Shown here one piece after another: positions 19,935 through 27,642 of a stretch of 64,000 nucleotides of DNA. The number at the start of each line of letters is the position of its first letter. Position 1 is the first letter of the stretch. A model generated the notes under the pieces. The model worked only from the letters and a program-made list of their open reading frames with translations. It searched no databases and was not told the DNA's origin. This DNA is from Thermoplasmata archaeon (GTDB taxonomy: Archaea > Thermoplasmatota > Thermoplasmata > Lutacidiplasmatales > UBA184), in NCBI GenBank assembly GCA_049675585.1, contig JBAUAJ010000126.1:1554-65553 (forward strand). The letters are read 5' to 3'. The position numbers were made by a program, and so were the translations under genes.

Positions 19935-19952
19935 GTTCAAGCATGATTGAAC
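19935..19952 (+). repeat. Intergenic palindrome site S7
   Basis: GTTCAA gcatga TTGAAC, exact. The 18-mer is nearly a full palindrome. The flanks ggt / cc are as in the right-hand sites. It is 52 bp from S6. Confidence 0.9.
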
Positions 19953-20318
19953 CCGACTAGAATCGTGGGCGACATCAGTACACAATATCTGGGGGCAGCA
20001 ATCGAATCTTGAGTGCCGTTTATTTCTGATAGACGGCCAGCAGTCACTAGCGGATTCTGGCAATAAAAACGCCGTACTTCAACTGCCGCCCAATCCGCGA
20101 TCTAATTCCTTTTGAAGGATTGAGAGTGGGAAACACATCCAGCGCTGGGCGAGTCTACCGAAGAGTTTCGTCGGGCGTTACCGCACTTCTCAACCCAGAA
20201 ATCTTATGATAATACACACCGGCCCACACCCATACGCACATTGTTTACGGTAGTTTCTTGTGGTTAATCGAATAATATTGAAATAGCCGAAAAGGAGCCA
20301 TTTTCATGAGGCATCGGT

Positions 20319-21734
20319 ATGCGTATGCGAAAACTGGAGCCGGTTCTAGCCGAGCGCTGTGACAGAACTCGGCACCTAAGGAGTAAGGGGACGAGAAGAA
20401 TGCAAATCGGGGTCGTGCTATCGATCGCGACGGCCCTTCTTTTTGTCGTGAGCTCGAGCAGTTCGAGCTGGGTTTCGGAAAAGGGCGGACCATCAACCCC
20501 CTCCGGCCTAGTCCCTGCCTTGCCCACGGGAATCTGGATTACCTTTGAGTGCCCCCACGGGAAAGTCACTCTGACCGGCACGACAGTTTGCCATGATCAG
20601 AGCAACGTCCTGGTAGGATTCGGCCCGGCCGGCGGTACTACCTCCTACAACATGGTCGGCAGTATAGATACCAACTACGCCTTCACTTCGTGGACTGCCT
20701 CGGGGATCTGCCTCGGCACTTCCCCTGCCTGCGCTCACTCCTCTACATCTCTATCTATCGGAATTTGGGATTATTGCGCCTCGGGACAACGGTGTACCGG
20801 CACAGTTGCTCTCGGGGCCGCCCGCCCCGCCGAAGCGATTTCAGCGCGCATATTCAATAACGTCGGGTTGATTGACCTGAATGGTACGAATTACGACAAC
20901 GGTCAGGTTGCGCACGTAGTCTACAACCAAGCATTGTCGCTTTCCGAGACCATTTCAAACGTGAGCTACACTTTTGTGAAATGGATGAGCGATGATGGCA
21001 CCTTTGCGAATGCGTCGGCCACATCAACTACATTCACCGTAGGATCAAACCCTGCCGGTATCGGCAATCTAACCATGGTGGTAAAGAATGGTTCCAGCAA
21101 CTACAACTTCGCCGGACTGATTTCCTCAGGATCAGGCATCACCGAAGTTTCCGGAACGTTCTACATTCCCTCGGCGGGATACAGTTGCCATGGGGCGTGC
21201 CCGGGGGCTCAGGTACTTCCGATCTGGGTTGGGATTGGGGGTGTCTTTGGCGGGAAAGGACTTTGGCAGGCGGGATTCGAAGTCATAGCGAACTCCACGA
21301 GCCTGGGAGGAGGAACCTACGCGAGGGCATTCTACGAATCGGTTGGGACCGGCGGTAGTGGGCCGTACTTTGGGAGTTACGTGAGGCTCGGAACTGAGGT
21401 CACTGTCACTGTGGAGTACGACGCCTCCACCCACACGAGCTCCTTCGATATTGTATGCGATAGTTCGACTGGATGCGGGACCCTTCCCTGGACCGGTAGC
21501 ACAGCGTTTACCCCAGATGTCACTACCGGTGAGTGGATTGCCGAGGAGTACGCGGACAGCCCGCCTTCCTATTCCTCCAACTTATCCTTCTCTTCCCCGC
21601 AACTCACGGGAACCGGGATTAGCTCGAGTTCATTCGTGCAGCCGGTAGGCTCGTTCTGGTTCCGAACCACTGGTGGGAAGGTCCTGTCGGTAAACTCAGT
21701 CGGGACCACCTACTTCTCAATCAAGGAGAATTAG
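20319..21734 (+). CDS. Secreted protein with C-terminal glutamic peptidase G1 (eqolisin, Peptidase_A4)-like domain
   Basis: 471 aa. ATG at 20400 (MQIGVVLSIATALLFVV signal) may be the real start. The C-terminal half shows the Peptidase_A4 pattern: NFAGLI..ITEVSGTFYIPS, IWVGIGG, LWQAGFE, ARAFYES, GEWIAEE. Confidence 0.7.
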   Translation: MRMRKLEPVLAERCDRTRHLRSKGTRRMQIGVVLSIATALLFVVSSSSSSWVSEKGGPSTPSGLVPALPTGIWITFECPHGKVTLTGTTVCHDQSNVLVGFGPAGGTTSYNMVGSIDTNYAFTSWTASGICLGTSPACAHSSTSLSIGIWDYCASGQRCTGTVALGAARPAEAISARIFNNVGLIDLNGTNYDNGQVAHVVYNQALSLSETISNVSYTFVKWMSDDGTFANASATSTTFTVGSNPAGIGNLTMVVKNGSSNYNFAGLISSGSGITEVSGTFYIPSAGYSCHGACPGAQVLPIWVGIGGVFGGKGLWQAGFEVIANSTSLGGGTYARAFYESVGTGGSGPYFGSYVRLGTEVTVTVEYDASTHTSSFDIVCDSSTGCGTLPWTGSTAFTPDVTTGEWIAEEYADSPPSYSSNLSFSSPQLTGTGISSSSFVQPVGSFWFRTTGGKVLSVNSVGTTYFSIKEN

Positions 21735-22135
21735 AAGATCGAGACCGCAAGGGCGGGCTGCCAGAGTGCAGCTCGCCCAGCCCAGCTAGAATCGACCCCG
21801 CGACTCCTATGTGTTCTCGGACAGGAGGTTCGGATCGCGGTTCTTAGGGTCCGGAACCCCCTTGACCTACCAGGGCAAAGGCGACCGTTGCCGCCGCCGG
21901 GCCGAAACGAGCGCCTCGACCTCCTCGGGCCAGGCTGTCTGCCTCGGTGAGTTGAGGTCCCTCGGCGGGCTTAAGTCACTGCGAGATTCCGAACGACCAG
22001 GGAGTGGAGACCCAAAGTCTCCCAGCAGAAGCTGGGCGTATCGCTACAGGATTTCAGGGAGGAAATCTTCAGCTGCGAGCTGCGTCATTACCCCCGGAGG
22101 GACGGGCTTACTCGCGATCTAGTGTGTTCAAATTC

Positions 22136-22153
22136 GATTGTACCCAAGTTTCT
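22136..22153 (+). repeat. Intergenic palindrome site S8
   Basis: GTTCAA attcga TTGTAC (1 mismatch), with flanks tgt / cc. It is 132 nt upstream of the 22285 start. Confidence 0.75.
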
Positions 22154-22253
22154 GAGATGCAATTTCTGCTGGGCGTCCGCGTTCGAGGGATTCGGCTCTG
22201 CAGATCTGACCTCGAACCAAGACCGGAAGTTCAGATCCCGTCGAGAGAGGAAA

Positions 22254-22284
22254 CTTTAACTTCAATTGATTCAATTGACCGGGT
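22254..22284 (+). promoter_or_regulatory. Putative TATA-like box plus tandem TTCAATTGA operator of the TA operon
   Basis: CTTTAA at 22254-22259 lies about 26-31 nt before the GTG start (compatible with a leaderless mRNA). It is directly followed by TTCAATTGA TTCAATTGA (22261-22278), and each copy contains the palindrome TCAATTGA. Confidence 0.4.
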
Positions 22285-22503
22285 GTGCTAGACGATACCC
22301 CTACCACCATTACCGTCCGCAGCTCCACACTGAGGGCTCTCTCCCTCTACAAGATTGGAAAGAGGAGCTACGACGAAGTTCTCCGTGATTTGATGGACGA
22401 GGTCCCTCCAGCCTCTTTTCTCAAGTGGGCACAGGATGAAGTTCGCCGGCCCGGCGTCAGCCTCGAGGAGGCCAGGAAACGCTTGGGTCTCGCAAGTCAC
22501 TGA
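22285..22503 (+). CDS. Antitoxin (DUF217/VapB-like family)
   Basis: 72 aa with a GTG start and TTITVRSSTLRALSLYK.GKRSYDEVLRDLMDEVPP. Its stop overlaps the toxin start. Confidence 0.7.
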   Translation: MLDDTPTTITVRSSTLRALSLYKIGKRSYDEVLRDLMDEVPPASFLKWAQDEVRRPGVSLEEARKRLGLASH

Positions 22504-22772
22504 TGCCACGCGTCACTTTCTCTCCGGAAGGATTGAGATCCCTCGCCCGCCTTCCGGCCGAGGATCGAAATCGGTTCAACGAAGCCTTCACAATCTTGGA
22601 AGCGGAGGGGCCAAGAGCCGCCGTACTAGATTCGCATCGGCTGTCGGGCGCACGTGAACTCTGGACTCTTCGAATCGGAGTATACCGCGGGGTTTACCGA
22701 TGGCAGCTTGACGAAGCCAAATTCATCCGATTCGGCCACCGGTCCGCCGTCTATCAACGACTTCCGAAGTAG
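22503..22772 (+). CDS. RelE/ParE-family type II toxin
   Basis: 89 aa with LWTLRIGVYRGVYRWQLDEAKFIRFGHRSAVY. Confidence 0.8.
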   Translation: MPRVTFSPEGLRSLARLPAEDRNRFNEAFTILEAEGPRAAVLDSHRLSGARELWTLRIGVYRGVYRWQLDEAKFIRFGHRSAVYQRLPK

Positions 22773-22787
22773 GTTTTCTGGCTCGGT

Positions 22788-22805
22788 GTTCAATCACGAT
22801 TGAGC
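22788..22805 (+). repeat. Intergenic palindrome site S9
   Basis: GTTCAA tcacga TTGAGC (1 mismatch). The arms extend to GTTCAATC / GATTGAGC. It is 16 nt after the toxin stop. Confidence 0.75.
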
Positions 22806-22878
22806 CCACTTTGTAGACGAACCCATCAGCCAGAGGGGGGATACAAGTTCTTATCATGGGGATGCCTAACGGTACCTG

Positions 22879-23157
22879 ATGGCAGTCAGCCGGTCAGTCC
22901 ATCGCCCTGACGTTACCCTGGGGACGACAGAAGTCGTGATGTCTCTCCTTCAGGAAGCTGGAGACCCAGTAAGCCGGAACTGGCTTCTCCTCAGACTTAA
23001 GGAGTCTGGCCACACCACCAGCCGGGCCCGGTTGAATCGAGCGCTGGGCTTCTGCTTCGAGCATGCCTTGGCTATCGAGGGTTCCAAGGGGATTCAATGG
23101 ACCCACACAACGAGCCCAAGCCTACTTCGGAGCCTGGCGAAGGGAAGACGAATCTGA
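22879..23157 (+). CDS. Small winged-helix-like protein, putative antitoxin/regulator
   Basis: 92-aa ORF 10 nt upstream of a RelE-like gene, with a helix-rich segment SRNWLLLRLKESGHTTSRARLNRAL. The assignment is positional. Confidence 0.45.
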   Translation: MAVSRSVHRPDVTLGTTEVVMSLLQEAGDPVSRNWLLLRLKESGHTTSRARLNRALGFCFEHALAIEGSKGIQWTHTTSPSLLRSLAKGRRI

Positions 23158-23166
23158 GGACCGGGC

Positions 23167-23514
23167 ATGCCATTCCGGCCCGAGGAGATCATCGTACACG
23201 AGGAAGTGGAGGGGAGCTATCAGTCGTGGGAAGTTCTCGCTTCACAACAACGTCAGCCAGCTCAGGCAGTCTGGAAGAGCCTACAGGTCGCCATTTCCCG
23301 TCTCAGGACAGATGCGCAGTGGGGCGAACTGATCAAGCATGGGTCCATTCCTTCGTACTTTCGATCCAAGTACGGAGTGTCGAATCTATACTGCGTGGAT
23401 CTCGCAGCCTTCCATAGATGCTTCTATACGATCGCCAACCGAGCAGTAATCCTCCTCGATATAGTTGACCATCCGAGCTACGACAAGTGGTTCCCTGGCC
23501 GACGTAGTCGCTGA
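23167..23514 (+). CDS. RelE/ParE-superfamily-like toxin
   Basis: 115 aa with the C-terminal pattern NLYCVDLAAFHRCFYTIANRAVILLDIVDHPSYDKWF, which resembles the RelE/YoeB core strands. Confidence 0.55.
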   Translation: MPFRPEEIIVHEEVEGSYQSWEVLASQQRQPAQAVWKSLQVAISRLRTDAQWGELIKHGSIPSYFRSKYGVSNLYCVDLAAFHRCFYTIANRAVILLDIVDHPSYDKWFPGRRSR

Positions 23515-23548
23515 ACCAGTCTGGCCCGCAGGCTGGTCACCCACGTGT

Positions 23549-23566
23549 GTGCAAGAGGCGTTGAAC
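23549..23566 (+). repeat. Intergenic palindrome site S10
   Basis: GTGCAA gaggcg TTGAAC (1 mismatch), 35 nt after the 23514 stop. It shares extended similarity with S11. Confidence 0.75.
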
Positions 23567-23632
23567 CCAAACTTAGAGACTCGGTGGGACTGTCAGGCGG
23601 TTGTATGCTTGGCCGACAAGCTCTCGAGGCGG

Positions 23633-24031
23633 TTAGTCCACTATTGAATGGACTTGGCCGCCGAGAACTCTTGCGCGTTTTGCAATCTCTATCGCAACCT
23701 TCATAGTTACAGCACGGTCCTCGTACTCGACTTCTCCCTTCCGGTCAAGGATACGCGATAGGAGAGAGCCGACCTCACCCGCGTTCGGCGCTTTACACCG
23801 GGCGATCAGTGTGAGGACCTCGTGGTGATCCTGGCCGCGAGAGCGCTCACTCCGCAAGTAGATCGTGTAAGCATCTGCGTAGGCGATTGCGGCTTGGACA
23901 GCATTTGTTGCCACCCCGTCGGGATTCGCTTCCCTTTCCGCCAGCTCGACTATCTTTAGCAGATTGTCAGCGCGACCGAGGTAAACCGTGGCCCTCGTCT
24001 TTGGAAGAACTTGGACACGAGATTGCGCCAC
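23633..24031 (-). CDS. HEPN-domain toxin of a HEPN-MNT pair
   Basis: 132 aa, all-helical, with the R-x5-H motif (RSRGQDHH). It is 3 nt downstream of the MNT gene. Confidence 0.7.
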   Translation of the reverse strand: MAQSRVQVLPKTRATVYLGRADNLLKIVELAEREANPDGVATNAVQAAIAYADAYTIYLRSERSRGQDHHEVLTLIARCKAPNAGEVGSLLSRILDRKGEVEYEDRAVTMKVAIEIAKRARVLGGQVHSIVD

Positions 24032-24034
24032 GGC

Positions 24035-24673
24035 TTACACCGTAAGCGCGATTCCTTCATCCATGACATGGCGGATTAGACTCGGATTGGACGGATGGCG
24101 CAGCTGAGCTGTGTCCATTACGAGAGCTGAGAGTGGGTTTCCGAATCGCAAAGCAAAGCCGGCGCTGGCTTCACTCAGGGCACTCTCAACTCTCTCTTTG
24201 TCCACCTGTGATCGGACCTCGACGAACAGATCTACGTCGCTAGCCAATCGAGCTTCCCCTCTGGCAATCGACCCAAAGAGAAACGCCCGTTGAATGGGCA
24301 AGGTTCGAAGCAGGCTCTCAATCTCCAGCTTGAGCATGCCCTTTGCGCCTGCCTCTTCCCGAAAGAGATTGACGAGAAGATTGCACAGCACGTGCTCCTG
24401 TGCCAGCCGCCAGATATGCGAGCGTCCGCTCACATCTCGGAATATTACTCCCGAATCGCGAAGCGACTCCAACGCCAGGTTTGTTTGAGAGGGAGATGCG
24501 CCAGCGGTGCGCGCCAATTCTCGACCAGTGAACCCCTTCTCAGGGAGCCGCGCGAGAGCCCTCAGGACCCGAATGCGAATTGGATTGCCCAGGAGATCAT
24601 CTAGCCCATCCTGAAACCTCATGTTCGAATAATCATACATTCGTTTGATTATAAGAACATCACTTTCACCCAA
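24035..24673 (-). CDS. wHTH + minimal nucleotidyltransferase (MNT) antitoxin
   Basis: 212 aa. The N-terminal wHTH reads RIRVLRALARLPEKGFTGRELARTAGASPSQ. The NTase motif is LFGSIARGEARLASDVDLFV. Confidence 0.75.
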   Translation of the reverse strand: MGESDVLIIKRMYDYSNMRFQDGLDDLLGNPIRIRVLRALARLPEKGFTGRELARTAGASPSQTNLALESLRDSGVIFRDVSGRSHIWRLAQEHVLCNLLVNLFREEAGAKGMLKLEIESLLRTLPIQRAFLFGSIARGEARLASDVDLFVEVRSQVDKERVESALSEASAGFALRFGNPLSALVMDTAQLRHPSNPSLIRHVMDEGIALTV

Positions 24674-24741
24674 AGTGGTGCCCGCAATCGATGATCCCGC
24701 CGTCGGTCAAACTGACCCCTCCCATCCTCAGTTGAGAGTGT

Positions 24742-24759
24742 CTGCAAGGGGCGTTGAAC
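24742..24759 (+). repeat. Intergenic palindrome site S11
   Basis: CTGCAA ggggcg TTGAAC (2 mismatches). tgtcTGCAAGgGGCGTTGAAC closely matches S10 tgtgTGCAAGaGGCGTTGAAC. Confidence 0.65.
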
Positions 24760-25166
24760 GCACCTCACACCTGGCGACGAACGGGGGCGGTTGTAGTGGC
24801 CCGATGGGAACTATCCCCGCCGGTTTTATTCGTAGACAAAGGGGGATTTCAGGAATCGGGCCACACTCCATGCACGCCATCACTAGCGCCAGAGATTGCC
24901 GCGTCTTGATCTATGATGAAATTGGCGAAACCTTGTACGGCGCTCGAAGTGTGGATTCGCTCCCGGGCCATTCTAACCTTCCTCGCAACCTGAAGGTCAG
25001 GATGGCCCACCAACACCGGGAGGATTGAACGCGCTCATCTAGGAAAGGATGGCTCCAAGATCGGACTCCATCCCGGCGACTCACGAACCGCAAGCCCTGT
25101 CCGGCTACGCGGTCATTCTTCGGAAGCGGAGGGAGTCGTCAAGAGGGGGCTAGAATTCGCGTAAGC

Positions 25167-27446
25167 ATGACAAGGCGCTGTCCCCGAGCAATGAGCTTGG
25201 TTACGGTCGCGATCTGTGCCGCTCTCCTGATGGGAACCGTCTCATCCTTTACACCACGGCCCGAAGCTCACCCCACGTCGCGGGGGCCCATCGACTTGGT
25301 ATCTCCCGCCTCCATGCTAGGACCGTTGACGCTCGTGAGCCCGAATTTTCAGACTGGGGGTGAATTCGGGGAGTCTGTTGCGATTAGCGGTTCGACGATG
25401 GTGGTCGGGGCTCCTGGCGAGGCGGACTCAGGTCAGAGTGATGCAGGAAACGCCTACGTTTTCGACGCCCAGACGGGAAAGCTGACTTCGAAGTTTAGAA
25501 GCCCGAACGCTCAAAGCAGCGGGCAGTTCGGTTCGTCAGTCGCAATTAGCGGCTCTATAATCGTGGTTGGAGCACCCGGCGAGGTGGCCTCCGGCCTGAA
25601 TGGGTCTGGCCATGCCTACGTCTTCAACGCGACCACCGGCAAGCTGATTTCTGCACTGAGTAGTCCAAACCCTCAAAGTGGTGGGGAGTTCGGCTTTTCA
25701 GTTGCGATCAGCGGATCGAACGTGGCAGTCGGGGCGCCGGGGGAGTTGATTCAGGGTAACTGGGCCAACGGAAACGTCTACGTCTTTGCCACCACCACGG
25801 GTTCGCTGATTTTTTCGATATCAAGCCCCTTTGAACGAGACCCCGGATACTTCGGGTCGTCCGTCTCCATTGGGGGGAATTCTATCGTAATCGGCGAGCC
25901 GGAGGAGGGGACGGCCCCGGCTTCACCAACCGGTGCATCATACGTCTACAGTGCGACGGACGGCGCCCAAACCATGGCATTTATCGGTGCGGGGGATCCA
26001 GGGTATTTTGGAGCCTCTGTGGCCACGACTGGCTCACTGGCGGCAATCGGGGCGCCTGGATGCCCGATTTCGGAGGGAAACTGCCAATCCAACGGGGCCC
26101 TGGTTTATGACGTGGCCTCCGGGGCAGGAGTCTCCTCATTCTCCAGTCCGAACCAGCAAGATCTCGGTGCGCTGGGAGCGTCAATCTCGATTGCCGGTTC
26201 TGATGTGCTGGTCGGGGCGCCTGGTGAAAACGGAGACGCGGGCAATGCCTACGTGTTCAATGCGACGACGGGCGCCCTGCTGTCCACTCTGACCAGTCCG
26301 AACCCGCAAGGGGGCGGACTGTGGGGCCAGAGCGACGGGGAGTTCGGGGACTCGGTCGCGATAGGCGGCACGACTGTAGTCGTAGGAGCGCCGGGTGAGC
26401 AAGCATTGGGGTTCACATCCGCGGGCCACGCCTACCTCTGGGTGACCTTCAAACCGGTCTATGGCGTGGCCTTCGCGGACATCGGACTTGTGCCGGGCGC
26501 CCTATGGTGGGTAAACATAACTGGACAGCCGCCTCTTAACTCGACCGAATCAACCATCTCCACGAGTCTGCCGAACGGGACCTATACGTACACCGTCGCG
26601 TCGGCGAACAAGCGTTACTCCGGTGAAGGGGGCAGTTTTTACGTCCATGGGACGGCAGTACCGGTGTTCGTTGAATTCAGTCGGGTGACCTTTCGAGTGA
26701 CGTTCGAAGAGTCGGGGCTGCCCACGAAAGTGATGGAGAACCGTGGGTGGACGGTAGTTCTGAACGGAACACGCAAGCACAGTCGGACCAGCGTGCTCGA
26801 CTTCACGGAGATTCCGAATGGGACCTACCCGGTGCTCATCACCGGACCGTCGGGCTTCGAAATGACGGGTAGCGGGCTGGTGACGGTGAAGGGGGCGACC
26901 TCGGTTGCGGTCGCGACGACGAAAGGTAAAACGGTGACACTTTCGTTTGCTGAGAAGCAGTTGCCAAGATTGGGCGGTACAGTACAGGGCTGGTGCGTTG
27001 AACTGGACGGGGCGCCGCTCTGCTCGACGAAGGGGCAATTCAGGTACCTCAACCTAACACCTGGGAACTACAGCTTCGATGTGGTCTCGCCGTCGAAGGG
27101 CCAGCAGATCTCATGGAAGCTGGGAAGTTCTTGGACAGTAGGAACCGAGGGATTCCTAACGCTGGTCCGCTCGATGTCGATTGTAGTGAAATTTCTGTAC
27201 GACTACACCGTGACATTCTATGAGAGAGGCCTCTCGTCCTCTACATGGGCGGTAAGAATCGGGGGATGGTCTTTCGAGACAGCCAATGGACTGGCAATCC
27301 AGGTCTATCTCCCGAATGGCACGTACACCTACAAGATCGGGGCAGAGCCGGGCCAGACGAGCTCCGGCGTGCCCGACAAGGTGCAGATCGATGGTGCAAA
27401 CATGTCTGTCACCGTGAATTTCCGAGGAGCGGGTCTGGGCCCATAG
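25167..27446 (+). CDS. FG-GAP-repeat beta-propeller surface protein with four GLP-W-NGT modules
   Basis: 759 aa with a signal peptide. About 7 repeats have the form G.FG.SVAISGS..VVGAPGE......G.AYVF. The C-terminus has FRVTFEESGLP...GWTVVLNG, YTVTFYERGL..STWAVRIGG and ...LPNGTYTYKI. Confidence 0.85.
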   Translation: MTRRCPRAMSLVTVAICAALLMGTVSSFTPRPEAHPTSRGPIDLVSPASMLGPLTLVSPNFQTGGEFGESVAISGSTMVVGAPGEADSGQSDAGNAYVFDAQTGKLTSKFRSPNAQSSGQFGSSVAISGSIIVVGAPGEVASGLNGSGHAYVFNATTGKLISALSSPNPQSGGEFGFSVAISGSNVAVGAPGELIQGNWANGNVYVFATTTGSLIFSISSPFERDPGYFGSSVSIGGNSIVIGEPEEGTAPASPTGASYVYSATDGAQTMAFIGAGDPGYFGASVATTGSLAAIGAPGCPISEGNCQSNGALVYDVASGAGVSSFSSPNQQDLGALGASISIAGSDVLVGAPGENGDAGNAYVFNATTGALLSTLTSPNPQGGGLWGQSDGEFGDSVAIGGTTVVVGAPGEQALGFTSAGHAYLWVTFKPVYGVAFADIGLVPGALWWVNITGQPPLNSTESTISTSLPNGTYTYTVASANKRYSGEGGSFYVHGTAVPVFVEFSRVTFRVTFEESGLPTKVMENRGWTVVLNGTRKHSRTSVLDFTEIPNGTYPVLITGPSGFEMTGSGLVTVKGATSVAVATTKGKTVTLSFAEKQLPRLGGTVQGWCVELDGAPLCSTKGQFRYLNLTPGNYSFDVVSPSKGQQISWKLGSSWTVGTEGFLTLVRSMSIVVKFLYDYTVTFYERGLSSSTWAVRIGGWSFETANGLAIQVYLPNGTYTYKIGAEPGQTSSGVPDKVQIDGANMSVTVNFRGAGLGP

Positions 27447-27642
27447 CATCGGTCTGGGGAAAGCCGGCCTTTCTTCGTCGAGGTCCCCTTCAGCCTGCGG
27501 CCGGTTCCCCGGGAGACGCGTGCATTGTTCTGTTGTCATCGTCGTAGGAGTCTCAGGTCGAACCGTGAATCGACTCGAGGGTTGGGTAGAGCTAGCCGCT
27601 TGGAGACATACTAGATCATAGCTCAGGAACATTGGGGGCAAC

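Noticed and set aside
19709-20318. Replication origin at the polarity switch (AT-richer 610-bp gap).
   Set aside because: I saw no repeated ORB-like boxes and no adjacent cdc6/orc1 gene. The AT-rich part is adequately explained as the promoter/leader of the 20319 gene. I left it as a minor alternative only.
24645-25028. 127-aa plus-strand ORF in the gap before the FG-GAP gene.
   Set aside because: It has no motifs, its start overlaps the MNT gene, and it spans site S11 and a solo half-site. It more likely lies in non-coding or decayed sequence.
27517-27540. Additional palindrome candidates that I did not list as features:
- GTGCAT tgttctg TTGTCA (27520-27538)
- GTCCAA ttcatg TTGTTC (17348-17365)
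- GTTCAA gccccg TCGTAC (17387-17404)
- GACCTC gattcg TTGGGT (39491-39508)
   Set aside because: They have three or more mismatches and/or the wrong spacer length. About 23 three-mismatch matches per 64 kb are expected by chance, so they cannot be told apart from background without a calibrated model.
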